Of a stretch of DNA of 34,180 nt, positions 1 to 12,099 are shown piece after piece. The notes under the pieces are model-generated. The model was given only the letters and a program-made list of their open reading frames with translations. It did no database searches and had not been told where the DNA came from. Positions within the stretch are counted from its first letter, which is position 1. Every line of letters begins with the position of its first letter. Source of the DNA: Octopus bimaculoides (taxonomy: Eukaryota). The DNA is taken from the NCBI RefSeq assembly GCF_001194135.2, contig NC_068989.1, positions 6,579,970 through 6,614,149 of the forward strand, in the 5' to 3' direction. A program made the translations under genes and the position numbers.

Positions 1-145
1 ATATATATATATCTATATCTACGTGCATTTATATATGTCTGTGTGTTCGTGGGTGCGTACGTGTGTATATATATATATATATATATATGAATATATGTAC
101 GTATGTGTATATGAATTTATGTATGCATGTATGTGTGTACACATG
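1..145. repeat. (TA)n/(TATG)n compound microsatellite
   Basis: Direct reading of TA, TG and TATG runs. Confidence 0.9.
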
Positions 146-542
146 TATTATGATAAAAATATTAATGTTTCCAAATATTTTCTTATATGAAAAATGTTAT
201 TAAATTGCAGGTAAAGACGGGGCTAAGCTTTGAATTACTTAAAAATGAATACAAAATATAATGCAACACCAGAACAGTGAAGCAAAAAAAACTATAAAAG
301 AAAAAAAAATTTATTATTTTATGGAACTAATATTATTTTTGGTAAGCTGGTTATTACCAAAATAACACTGTTTTTGAGTGAGAGGTTAACTAATAATCAA
401 ACAAAATAAGGAAATTGGATGTCATTAAGAAAAAGTAATACTAAAAACTGTCGACGTGGCCGTCTAGAATTCGATATAGACGAGAACGGATTTGTGTACA
501 GATATGTGTTTAGGAAATTATACATACATACATACATATATT

Positions 543-780
543 ATATAAAATAGTGTGCGTATTTATTCACAAAAGAGGTGACCTTAAAAAGGACAACTTA
601 CATTCTAGAGAGCGCAGTTAAAGCCCAAACCATGAATGAAAGTAATTTCAAAAGGAATGAAAAATAAATTCCCTTTGAAATTAACTTTATTAATGATTTG
701 GGCTTCAACTGACCCTTTTAGCATGTAAGGTGTCCTGTTTAAGGTCACCTCTGTGTATAAATACGTACACAATTTTATAT
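543..780. repeat. 238-bp imperfect fold-back (MITE-like palindrome)
   Basis: Arm 543-658 (atataaaatagtgtgcgtatttattcacaaaagaggtgaccttaaaaaggacaactta...aaggaat) matches the reverse complement of 667-780 along its whole length; 8-nt loop gaaaataa. Confidence 0.85.
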
Positions 781-1019
781 GAAAAGTATGTTGTCTATTG
801 ACTTTATTACGCCTGTTGGCCACCGGTAGGAACATTTCTGGCTACTAGCGTTAAGCAGCAACTACAGTACAAAGGCAGCCACACATCATACCAGTGGGAG
901 GAACTCACTTTACAAGCCACCCACCCATACACCCGTCCCCACACACATATTATATATATATGTGCACAAATATTTTTGCTTTAAACTGTGGGCTTGAAGT
1001 AGGTAATGCTATAAATAAC

Positions 1020-1900
1020 ACCGTTAAATATTGGAGACGATGGTGAAGAATGGTGGCTTCGACGCTTGGTAATGAGGCGCGGCGAGCGAAGAACCTCGTT
1101 GATGGTAATATGATCTTCCCATTTAATATTGAGGATCTGTCCTAGCTTGGATTGCTGGAAGCATTGAAGGCGCTTGAAGTCACGGTGGTACAGCGTCCAA
1201 GTTTCACAAGCGTAGAGAAGAGCTGACAGGACAATAGCACGTAAGACCTAGGTCTTTGTCTGGATGGTCAGTGCGTGATTGAAGAATACACGGTGGCTGA
1301 GTCTAGCGAAGGTGGAGTGGGCCGCCCTGATCCGGTTTACCAAGTCATTTTCACACGTCGGTGTCTTCTAAAGGATACTCCCAAGGTATGAGAACTGTTC
1401 AACTTCAAGGTGTTGGCCGTTAACGCTAATGTTCGTAGATGGACCGTTCTGGCCTGATGCAGGTCTGATTAGGGTCTTGGTCTTTAATATATTTACCTGC
1501 ATCCCGAAGCGTCCATAAGCCGCATTGTAAAGATCGGCCGTCCTTTGTAGGCCATTAACGGTCCGGCTCGGAGTGGTATTGTCGTCGGCATAATGCATCT
1601 CACGGACTGAGATGGTGGATGTGCTCGTCTTTGCACGGAGATGCGCGAGATCAAAGAGTCTGCCATCCAAGCGATAGCGCATATTGATGGAAGGAGGGAT
1701 TTCGTTGAACATGGCAACCATGTACAAAGAGAAACAGGTTGGTGCCAGGACACATCCTTGCTTAAGAACTTCAGTGATGGGAAACGGGTCTGTGAGGGCA
1801 TTTTGATGGCATACACTACTCACCATGCCATCGTGAAGGGAACGGACCAGGGCAATGAAGTCCTTCGGACATCCAACCCGAGTGAGGACGGCCCACATTG
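1020..1900 (-). mobile_element. RTE-clade LINE reverse transcriptase fragment (decayed, truncated)
   Basis: ORF 1368-1898 has KQGCVLAPTCF, YADD and FSYLGS RT motifs. The frame downstream reads NRIRAAHSTFARL...LLYACETWTLY...ILNIKWEDHITINEVL, typical of the RTE C-terminal region, with stops. Confidence 0.92.
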
Positions 1901-2374
1901 CAAATATAATCCGGACGATAATTTAAACCAAAACACTGCACTCGTATCTCATTGTTCACGTGCTTCAGTACGGTGTGTGTAGATATATTTACGCGATTGC
2001 TGACATTAATCAATGGCTTCTCCCATCGGTTTCGGAGCATTAATACAACTGTCGATATATCTGACGACACGGGTATGCGAGAGAAGACTGCTCAACGAAG
2101 TGTTTGCAAGAATATTTATTCTTAATACACATTCAAAAAGAATTACTTATCATAAATAATTAAGACTGACAAATACTATCCGGCAATCTAATATTCCAAT
2201 AGTTTTATATATGTCTATAATCCTAGACACATAAAGATACGCTACTTTATTAGCTTAATCACCATATGTACATACTTCGGCTCTTATCACTATATCAATG
2301 GTTTACGCGTATCTTTACGATACATAAGGATTATACACATAGCGTGTTTTCTCCTTATCCATTTTGGTTGCATC

Positions 2375-2485
2375 TATCTATCTATCTATCTATCTATCCA
2401 TCCATCCATCGACCTATCTATCTATCTGTATGTTTGTCTGTGTATCTGAATGCATATGTGTGTGTATACATACATACATCAATAG

Positions 2486-2520
<35 letters not shown>
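2375..2520. repeat. (TCTA)n/(CA)n microsatellites
   Basis: Direct reading. Confidence 0.9.
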
Positions 2521-2544
2521 TATTATTACTTGTATAATACCTAC

Positions 2545-2690
2545 ACATTTTCTAAATCTCCGTTTTTTCGTTCTCTCTCCATTTTTTTCCTTCTCATCCC
2601 TTTCCGTCGAAGAGTCCAGGCTCGAAACATCAAAGGCTTTTCCATTCTTCCCGTGTGTCCGTCTATTGTTTTCTATAAATCTTAACTACA
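2545..2690 (+). mobile_element. Degraded copy of short repeat carrying a hammerhead-like motif (same family as 33495-33670)
   Basis: ccttt-ccgtcga-a-gagt ccag gctc-gaaac-atc-aaagg (2599-2636) aligns with the reverse complement of 33601-33636. Confidence 0.6.
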
Positions 2691-2734
2691 TGTGTGTATG
2701 TATGTGTAATTGTATCATTATCTTCCTTTTGTTG

Positions 2735-3088
2735 ATTGCGGCCATGTTGGAGCACCGCCTTTAGTCGAGCAAATCGACCCCAGGACTTATTCTTTGGGAA
2801 CCTAGTACTTATTCTATCGGTCTGTTTGGCCGAACCGCAAAGTTACGGGGACGTAAACACACAACCATCGGTTGTCAAGCGATGTTGGGGGTACAAACAC
2901 AGACACACAAACATATACGCACACATGTATATATACATATATACGACGGGCTTCTTTCAGTTTCCGTCTACCAAATCCACTGACAAGGCTTTGGTCGGCC
3001 CGAGGCTATAGAAGACACTTGTCCAAGGTGCCACGCAGTGGGAATGAACCCGGGACCATATGGTTAGTAAGCAAGCTACTTACCACAC
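2735..3088 (-). mobile_element. tRNA-derived SINE, family A (near full length)
   Basis: Minus strand: tRNA-like head (tgtggtaag A-box-like, gggttcattcc B-box-like), central gcaccttggacaagtgtcttc, internal TA/CA microsatellite, tail ...ctccaacatggccgc. At least six related copies in the window. Confidence 0.85.
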
Positions 3089-3994
3089 TTTTTTTGTTGT
3101 TTTTTTCTTCATATTCTGCGCGGCCTGCCTGCGATTGTTCAGTTGTTGTACTCGTTGTTTTGAACAATCTTGTTCGTGTTTATTACTTCGCAGCTCATTC
3201 CCCTCCACAAAATTCTACTTTTTTCTATTGCCTTTGCCACATTGATTTCTATATCATTTTCCTTAGTTCTTGGTAAAATCGTTTTTGACTGGATTCGACT
3301 CAGTGTCCAACGAACCTTTGTCGATTTTGATAGTGCCTGGTCCTCTCACAATTTAGCGAAGATCTATTTTAAATGCTATCATATTAAAGAGCCTTCTTTT
3401 AAAGTTATATTTGCCACACTTTTTCCTTTCTTTCTTCATTTGTGCCATTTCAGCATTGATTTCAACGAGGACTGAAAGATCTCATCTGTTATTTTCAATC
3501 TTTTATTTAGTATTATTTTCCATACTGTTTGTTTGAGATTTTATATTTTTTTTTTTATGTACATATGAGGAGACTCCCATTTTCCTTTGTTATTACAGTG
3601 ACTGCTGCCTATATTTCGATTAACCTGGTGATATTGATGTTCGTGTCTGTTTTTCTTAAAAATGCCAGGATATGCGATATTTTTTTTTATTGTTGAATTT
3701 TATCCCTTGGGAGATAATTTCGAAGGTCCATAGGAAGAATTAGTTTTATTTATTTAATTATTTCCGCCTTTAGATTGTCATGTTCATGATTTCCACGTTA
3801 ATAACTTCTTTTGTTTAACTTTTCCCTCATTGCTATGTATTTATATTTGCTATTTTATAAAGGAAATCCTTATTATTGATAAAAAAAAAAGCAATATTTA
3901 TAACTACAACAACAACAAAAGCAATCATCATCATCAGTGTCATCATCGTTATCAAGGAAGCATGTTACCAAAATTCTTAAAGCTTCAGAAAAAG

Positions 3995-4075
3995 GCTTAG
4001 CGGTATTAACTTCCGGCTCCTTACCTTTTGAGTACAGATTCTGCCGAGGCCGACCTTGCCTTTTTTCCTTTGAAA
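3995..4075 (+). mobile_element. Degraded SINE family B fragment
   Basis: cttagcggtatt...gagtacagattctgccgaggccgaccttgcc resembles 4265-4330. Confidence 0.55.
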
Positions 4076-4180
4076 TAATTTGGAGCTCTTTAAAATATGT
4101 ATCACTTGCGCACTGAGGTCCGTATAATCAATTCCCCCCTCTCCTCAAAATTACTGACGCTGTGCCATAATTTGAGACAA

Positions 4181-4221
<41 letters not shown>

Positions 4222-4223
<2 letters not shown>

Positions 4224-4396
4224 GGCAGCGAGCTGGCAGAATCGTTAGCGCACAGAGCGAAATGCTTAGCGGTATCTCGTCTGTCTTTACGTTCTGAGTT
4301 CAAATTCCGCCAAGGTCGACTTTGCCTTTCTTCCTTTCGGGATCGCTAAATTAAGTACCAGTTACGCACTGGGGTCGATGTAATCGACTAGTCCCC
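4222..4396 (+). mobile_element. SINE family B copy, preceded by (ATT)n at 4183-4221
   Basis: aaggcagcgagctggcagaatcgttagc...gagttcaaattcc (B-box-like)...aagtaccag...ctggggtcgat; related copies at 8530, 11735 and 12100. Confidence 0.85.
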
Positions 4397-4589
4397 AGTA
4401 GAAAGGATTATTATCGTTATTGCTGTTGTGCTACAGCTAAGCCATCATCGACAAAAACAACTGAATCATCTTCGTCGTCTCCGACGTGGTTGTCTCTCGA
4501 TGCGGTGGTCTTTCTCCATTGCCTTATCTATAATATAATCATCATCAATACCACCACATTTATAAACGACTACTTCACCCTTAGCAACA

Positions 4590-5313
4590 GCAACAACAAC
4601 ATTGTCTTCAGCAGCCCCAGCAATCCTCCTCATCAACATCATCATCATCATCATGAGCAGCAGCAGGTGCAGCATCACCACCATCACTCCTACCACCATC
4701 ATCATCATCATTGCCATCATCACCAGCAGCAGCATCACCACCACCATCGTCATCATCATCACCATCGTCATCATCATCATCACCACCATCGTCATCATCA
4801 CCCTCATCATCACCATCATTATCGATGTTATAATTTTCATCATTGTCAGTTTGTCATTAATATCAATATTTATCATTTCCCCATCATCATTATCAATTTC
4901 ATCAACATTATCACTATCGTCATCATCGCCGTCACTATCAACCTAGTTGTCATCTTCATTATCATCATCACCATCATCCTCGTCACCGTGGTCGACATTA
5001 CTATCACAATCCTCATGGTGTCATCATCCTCATCGCCCTCATCTTCAGCCTGACCATTATCATCGGCCTGGTCGTCGTCGTCATCGCACGGCCATCATTA
5101 CCCAGATCAATATCTTTGTGTATTCGTTACAACCGTTCTGGATTCCAACTCGTCACTTACATCAATATCGCTATCAATCCCGCTAATAAGATTATCCTTC
5201 TTTTCGCAAATCCCCACCACCAACATCACCATTATTATCACTAACAGAAATTATCATCACCATCACCATCATTCTTATTAGTATCACTATCATCATTGTT
5301 ATCCTCGAACGCA

Positions 5314-5365
<52 letters not shown>
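4590..5365. repeat. CAT/CAC/TAC triplet low-complexity tract
   Basis: Degenerate trinucleotide runs; they explain the overlapping poly-His/Ile/Met ORFs. Confidence 0.9.
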
Positions 5366-5529
5366 ACCATTCTATGCGCATATTTTAGTCATTCCTGCGA
5401 GTCTTATGAATAAATTGATTTCCAGATCTTTCTATTCGAAGCGCTCATTTTAATATCCGTTCCCTAAATAAGTTCGATGCTAGAACGTCTCACCGCCACC
5501 CCTCAAGCACATTACCAAACCCACACGTT

Positions 5530-5740
5530 CTTCTCTTCCTCCTCCTCCCGCTTCTTCTTCTTGCTGTTGTTATGGTTATCCTTCTTATCTTCCTTTTCAT
5601 CATCATTTCCCTCTCTTCTCATTCCCCTCTTCTTCTTTCCCGCTTCTCTCTTCTTCATTTTCGTATCTCTCTCTTCTTCATCTTATCTTCCTCTGTTTCT
5701 CTTCTTATATCTCTCTTCTTCGTTTCCTCTTCCTCCCACT
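5530..5740. repeat. TC/TCT-rich polypyrimidine tract
   Basis: Direct reading. Confidence 0.8.
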
Positions 5741-6149
5741 ATACTCCTCCTACACCATCTGTTATATGTCTGTCGAAGCTGTACACAACAAGCATACCAT
5801 GCTGTTCAATATTTCGTTCTTTACCATAATTTTCAGTTAAAATGTGTGTGACTATAAAATTCTTGCAGAAAGCTAATGAAATTTAGAATTGAATGGAATT
5901 GAACTCTAGGAAGATCTGTAAATCACCTGGATTACGTCTAAAACATCCAGCGTTCACTCGTTGGATTGAACTCCTCTCATGCTAATAGCATCAAGATTAT
6001 TAAGGTATTTGCCGTTCACAATCAGTTATGTTATATGATTGTTACCGGTCTGTAAAAATAGGCCACTTTTCAGATAAATGCATCTCAATTTGTAGCGTCT
6101 ATTATTCTGGTCTCTGCTACTGAAGAGGAAATAACCACTCCGAAATGCA

Positions 6150-6870
6150 TGCATCCAAATAGTGAAAAATGTTGTGGAGGATAATCCTAGGACTATTATT
6201 CGAGCTTTGGAAACAATCGGTGAAGTGAAAAAGATGGACGAATTTGTTCCACACGAATTAAATATTGTTTACAAGACGCGTCGTTTGATGGTCTGTTCTT
6301 TACTTCTTGCGCAAAACCACTGAGAAGATTAATCACCTGTCACGAAAAATGGGTCTTAATGACAACTGTACGAGATCTTCGCTGCGACTAGAGTCGTCTT
6401 GACATGTTCTAAAGTCCCTTCTACACCCCCTAAAGCTTATGGTTACAATCTAGTGATACTGTTAAGAGATCATCCATTATTCATTTCTGCAGCCAGGAGA
6501 AATAGTAACATTCCAATACAACTGAGAGCAAATTGAAAAAAATATATTCTGAATTTGCTAGGAAATATCCGGCATTAATAAAGAGACAAGTGTCTATACT
6601 CTTGCGTGACAATGCCAAATTCCATTCGCAAATGAGGCCAAAGCAAGGTAGCAGCGGCTTCATTATGGGAATATTCAATCATCATCCATATTCTCCAAGT
6701 TTATCATCTACAGACTATCATTTATTTCGCCACCTCAAGCTTATCGTCCCCGACAAAATGTACGCAAACAAAGAAGAAGTAATGATAGCATTTGAGCAGT
6801 CATAGATTCAAAGGAGAATGATTTTTTTTTTCAAAGAAAAGATGTCTCCAAAGTTGCAGAGGCTAATGGA
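6150..6870 (+). mobile_element. Mariner transposase relic
   Basis: Decayed motifs in the expected order: FVPHEL (WVPHEL), ITCHEKWV (ITGDEKW), LLRDNAKFH (LHDNARPH), HHPYSPSLSSTDYHLFRHL (YSPDLAPSDYHLF). Many stops and frameshifts; no TIR recognised. Confidence 0.85.
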
Positions 6871-7869
6871 GCTATTTTGATTAATGTATAATGATCTAAA
6901 ATAGCTTTTTAAATTATTTCTTTTTCCCATTACATGTAATACGTCAAGCATTGATTTAATATTCCTATAAACTAATGTCCTATATGAGAATGGAGTTATG
7001 ATAGAAGACTAAAATGAAGAATCTACTCCTTTCACCAATGAAGGTTAGACTTCTAACCAAAGAAGAAATTAATGAGCTATTTCAAATATTGAGTGAAAAC
7101 CTCTTATATTAACTGCGGCACTTTGCTTTTGTGACATTCATCCCGTTCCTTTATACAAGATCATTAACGATGATATTGAAATGAAATAGTTAAAAGTACA
7201 GTCGTGGATAAGAAACGGACAGTGAACCTTGATTACCGAAAGTTGACCTCTACGCTAGTGAGCTCGCCGAAAGCTGATCTCTGCTCTACTGTTCTCGCAT
7301 TTCTGCTGTATCAATATCATCATTAATTTATACTCGGCCAATATCATGACTTCGAGCATTATTCTTTAATCTTTACCATTGCCACGTTACTAAGGAATCT
7401 TTTGAAAGTTCTAAAGATTCTTCGAAAAACTGCCTCGAGTTCAGTGTGGTTTCAAACTTTTGAATTATCGCATTTAACAATCACTATGATCTCCCAAGAT
7501 TCCACGCGAATTCTTAAACCAGACAGAAAATCTCTTCTTTTTTTTGTTTTTTTTTTTCTTTTGAGAAATTGGTTTGGTGTCTTTTCTACATTCCATTATT
7601 GCTGCAAGAATTAAAACAGATTGTTAGATTCTCTTCAACTTAACACAAACGTAAACTATTTATACCATTGTGATGATTCTGATGTTGGAATTTCAAAACG
7701 TGGCGATTCTGCGATTAGGCATCTTCTAAAGCATCGATCGAATTTTGCTGGTACTTTTTGTAGCCACTTGGAAAAACTGACATTTCTTAACGGTTTCATC
7801 TTGAAGTAGCTGCAGTCAAGGTTTGTAGGGGTCTTCAAGACATAGGTGTGTGATGAGCATATCTGATGT

Positions 7870-8154
7870 TCACCTTGAGTAGCTGAAAGTTGAGTATTGC
7901 AGGTAGTGACCCTGAATGGGTAATGACGCAAAAATCAACGGAATACGCGGAGCAGGGGCCATTGTAATAGAATCAGATTGAGGTGTAGGCACATCTGTAG
8001 AGTGACTGAAATGAATGGGACAGTCTTGCATTGGAACTACACTGCTACTACTGTATATGTTGTAGCTGTACAGTCCCAGGCGCGGAAGCACTTTTCCTTC
8101 ATAGGTCTCGCTTGAATGTAGGGTTAGTAATCGTCGACGGCAGTATTTTCCCAC
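7870..8154 (-). CDS. Probable last (or late) coding exon of a divergent CUB-like domain protein, phase 0: VGKYCRRRLLTLHSSETYEGKVLPRLGLYSYNIY...YSR*
   Basis: Strong acceptor with branch-like CTGAC (cctgactttgctcttcag|GTG at 8155/8154), 94 open codons in non-repeat sequence. Joins in frame to 19734-19816 to give STIVGKYC, like the CUB IG(R/K)YCG motif. Confidence 0.6.
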   Translation of the reverse strand: MGKYCRRRLLTLHSSETYEGKVLPRLGLYSYNIYSSSSVVPMQDCPIHFSHSTDVPTPQSDSITMAPAPRIPLIFASLPIQGHYLQYSTFSYSR

Positions 8155-8529
8155 CTGAAGAGCAAAGTCAGGTTTTGAATGAAAGGAGTGAAATAGATAT
8201 TTTAAACGACTTAGAAAACGCATAGCATGTAAATTTAAGGGGCTACATAAATATTCAGGTTCCTTCTCTTCGGGTACTTTTCTGGTTATCGCTTAAAAGT
8301 CAATTAGCATAATGAATTCGCCAACATTCGCACAGCATCTCAATAGCAGAGAGCGGAGTGAATATATCAGATTTGGTTAAGCAGCCAAAGACTCGCCTCC
8401 TTTACATACAAATTCAAATGAGGTAGAAGCGGATCTTAAGAAAATCATTTCCTTGTCTGCATAAATTCAGTTTAGGACGTGGTTTTGAAGAGTTCGCACC
8501 TGATTAATATCATCACTATATTAAAATAC

Positions 8530-8645
8530 GTAGCGGTATTTTGTCCGACCTTACATTTTGAGTCCAAATTCTGCCAAGGTTGACTTTGCTTTTCATCCTT
8601 TCGGGGTCGATAAAATTAGTACCATTTAAACACTAGGGTCGATGA
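8530..8645 (+). mobile_element. SINE family B fragment
   Basis: gcggtattttgtcc...aaattctgccaaggttgactttgcttttcatcctttcggggtcgataaa matches 4265-4380. Confidence 0.8.
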
Positions 8646-9362
8646 ACACGTTGTATGAGGATAGCTATCGACTGTTGATGTCTTCATGGTGACAATGTGT
8701 TGAAATCAAAGGTATGTATAATACTGTGTGCACGTGTGTATATATGTGTGTATATGTCTGTAGATATATCCTCCGCTGAGCACGCATATTAAATCATATG
8801 CAGATATTGCTTCAGGGAGACATCTCTTTATTTCCTTTTCGTTCACGCGTTTCTCTCGTATGATTTTGGATACGTATGGAAATTCTGAGAAATATTCTTT
8901 GGAAATTACAGACTTCTCTCAGGACAAAAATTACGAAATAAATAAATAAACAAATAACAACGATTATGGATGTCAATAATCCATATAGCATTGAGACTTT
9001 TTCTCGTTCCTCCTTTCTAGAGCTTACGTCACATTTCTATTAAAAGTGGGTATTGGATTAGGGTTGAAAGAATCCAAAGCACAGTCTGCCATGAACGATA
9101 CATGCGGCAGCCAAGCAAATTGTACAGTTAGCTGAGATTGTTTATGATTTTTCATTCTGTTTTATTTCATATCCCAATTGGTGTACAATAGCGTCGAAGG
9201 CTGCAAGTTTTACTGTTTACTGCTTTTCTCAAGCTCAGACCGACAAAGTTTTGTCTGTAACTCGGAGCAGAACAAGTATTACAGAGTACTCCTTTCAAAG
9301 AGTATCTGGTACTGTTTTCTTTTTCACGAAAGTTATATTTCAGTGATATATATATATATATA

Positions 9363-10068
9363 NNNNNNNNNNNNNNNNNNNNNNNNNNNNNNNNNNNNNN
9401 NNNNNNNNNNNNNNNNNNNNNNNNNNNNNNNNNNNNNNNNNNNNNNNNNNNNNNNNNNNNNNNNNNNNNNNNNNNNNNNNNNNNNNNNNNNNNNNNNNNN
9501 NNNNNNNNNNNNNNNNNNNNNNNNNNNNNNNNNNNNNNNNNNNNNNNNNNNNNNNNNNNNNNNNNNNNNNNNNNNNNNNNNNNNNNNNNNNNNNNNNNNN
9601 NNNNNNNNNNNNNNNNNNNNNNNNNNNNNNNNNNNNNNNNNNNNNNNNNNNNNNNNNNNNNNNNNNNNNNNNNNNNNNNNNNNNNNNNNNNNNNNNNNNN
9701 NNNNNNNNNNNNNNNNNNNNNNNNNNNNNNNNNNNNNNNNNNNNNNNNNNNNNNNNNNNNNNNNNNNNNNNNNNNNNNNNNNNNNNNNNNNNNNNNNNNN
9801 NNNNNNNNNNNNNNNNNNNNNNNNNNNNNNNNNNNNNNNNNNNNNNNNNNNNNNNNNNNNNNNNNNNNNNNNNNNNNNNNNNNNNNNNNNNNNNNNNNNN
9901 NNNNNNNNNNNNNNNNNNNNNNNNNNNNNNNNNNNNNNNNNNNNNNNNNNNNNNNNNNNNNNNNNNNNNNNNNNNNNNNNNNNNNNNNNNNNNNNNNNNN
10001 NNNNNNNNNNNNNNNNNNNNNNNNNNNNNNNNNNNNNNNNNNNNNNNNNNNNNNNNNNNNNNNNNNNN
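9363..10068. other. Assembly gap (N run)
   Basis: Direct reading. Confidence 1.
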
Positions 10069-10094
10069 GGCAAACAGGACACAGTCGTGTGTCG

Positions 10095-10185
10095 ATAAGC
10101 CAGCTGGAGGAGATGTCCTCCTGGGGCTAAAAGCAACAGTAACATCCACCCCTAGGGGTCAGCCACACTTAAGTGGCAATATACT
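10095..10185 (+). repeat. Short dispersed repeat; second copy near 14425-14490
   Basis: agctggaggagatgtcctcctggggctaaaagcaacagtaacatcca versus agctggcggagaatcttcctggggttaaactagtaacattca. Confidence 0.55.
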
Positions 10186-10187
10186 AC

Positions 10188-10226
<39 letters not shown>

Positions 10227-10416
10227 CGATAAGAAATGGAGGAATGATAACAGTTAGAAGTGGATCATTGGTGTTTTAAAGTCATTTAGTAAAGACTTTA
10301 TTAAATGACTTTGAAACACCATTGATCCTCTTCTTTTTTTATTGCTTCATTTCTTTTTTTTTATATATTAAACCACGGTTTTACCTTTTAAATTACCTAC
10401 AACCGTATACTTTCTA

Positions 10417-10613
10417 ACAAGGACCATACATACTGAGGTAATACCAGGAGTGCCTTTCGATACATTTATCCTTTAGAGGGTTACATAACCTCTAACATAC
10501 ATACATATATATATATATAATGTAGGTATCAGTTAGAGGGGTTTAATACCTCAAAGGGATAATTAAATCCAGAGTCGCTCCTGGTTATTACCTGGGTAGG
10601 TACAGTCTTTTGT
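10417..10613. repeat. Imperfect inverted repeat with TA-microsatellite spacer (MITE-like)
   Basis: Core arms 10436-10496 and 10532-10593 (aggtaataccaggagtg...cctctaac / gttagagggg...ctcctggttattacct), with weaker extension outward. Confidence 0.75.
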
Positions 10614-11532
10614 AAGGTTGCACGGTAGATTTTCTAAGCCCTATAAAAAAAGAACTCGGAAGGTTGGGCCTCCAACCGGGTCTTTCGCGTTGCCGTTAAA
10701 GCCAGAAACTTTTCCGGCCCTCCTCTTTGTTATATACATGTATGTGTGTGTGTCGGTGTGTTCATTCGGTAGGAGCCTCACCACGAAATTGCCTCAGACA
10801 AGAATCGAAACCGTTACGGCGTGGTTGCAGAGAGAACGTCTAAATCACACGCCTATACCTACACCATTAAAGTTGTCTAGCTACTGAAATATAGAATATG
10901 TGGCAGAGGTTTATGAGAAGCTCTGGATATTTCTCTATAAAACCTGCTCCAATGACCTATAGTTAAAGGTTAAGCAACGAATAGGAAATTAGTTTTTCAA
11001 ATAAAAATGTTAAAAAAAAATTTAATAAATAGAAAATAACTTTATCTTGATGAGTGGCAGCGTGATCACGTGACTGTACAAGGGTGTATGCGTGTATGCG
11101 AGTGGATGTACATAGGTGTATATGTGTGTATGCGTGTGTGTATGTGTATACATGTATGTGGAAAGGAAATATCAATTATCTTAGCGCATCTATTTCTTAT
11201 AAACTTAGGCCCAGTTTGAAAATGTTCCAGAATAATCGGGAATAAAAATCGAAGTCAAAATATATAACACATTTATACGCATACACACATAGAAACCAAC
11301 ACGCATATACGCACACATAAAAAGGTAAATAAACCAAAAACACATTTAGAGATAGAAACATATAGTCACACATTATATCTCTCTTTCTCTCTCACATACA
11401 TACACACATACATTCAAGCAAACACACACACACTCCGTCATATTGATGCAATACTACACAATATTAAATTAAGAATAACTTGACTTAAACGCATTGAAAT
11501 ACACGCATATACGCGCGCGGATGTATGTGTGT

Positions 11533-11675
11533 GTTTGTTTCAGTCATTAGACTGCGGCCATGCTGGTGCATCACCTTAAAGAATTTTTAGTCGACTGAAT
11601 CGATTGCTGGAGTTTTTTTTTTTAAGCCGGGTATTTATTCTATCGGGCATAAACAGAACAACACCGGTTGTCAAG
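11533..11675 (-). mobile_element. SINE family A 3' fragment
   Basis: tcagtcattagactgcggccatgctgg...tattctatcgg...caccggttgtcaag matches 17235-17405. Confidence 0.75.
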
Positions 11676-11734
11676 TAGGACCGGGAGATAGACACTTCCC
11701 CCTCCCCCTATATATATATATATATATATATATA

Positions 11735-11888
11735 TCGACTCCAGTACTAAGCTGGTACTTATTTTATCGATCCCGAAAGGATGAAAGGGAAAGTCGACCT
11801 CGGCGGAATTTGAACTCAGAACGTAAAGACAGACGAAATACCGCTAAGCATTTCGCCCGGCCTGCTAACAATTCTACCAGTTCACGGC
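11735..11888 (-). mobile_element. SINE family B copy
   Basis: Its reverse complement matches 4225-4385 closely. Confidence 0.85.
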
Positions 11889-11971
11889 CATGAAACTATT
11901 AGTAAAAGTGTTGTGAAGCACAGGATAAAAAGCAAAAACAAAAATGCTGGAATATCGAAGTTCCTATTACT

Positions 11972-12031
<60 letters not shown>

Positions 12032-12099
12032 CAGGTACATACATATGTCTATATTTAGGTGTGATTCTGCGTTGGGAGAGGAAGACGAGCAGGAAGAAG

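Noticed and set aside
3170-3800. Possible old LINE endonuclease remnant on the minus strand
   Set aside because: Only vague motif resemblance with many stops; cannot be supported without an HMM search.
4466-5186. Poly-His, poly-Ile and poly-Met ORFs
   Set aside because: All frames on both strands are open because of CAT/CAC triplet repeats; no splice or domain support.
9178-10149. Long ORFs across N runs (also 21020-22387)
   Set aside because: Artefacts of translating assembly gaps.
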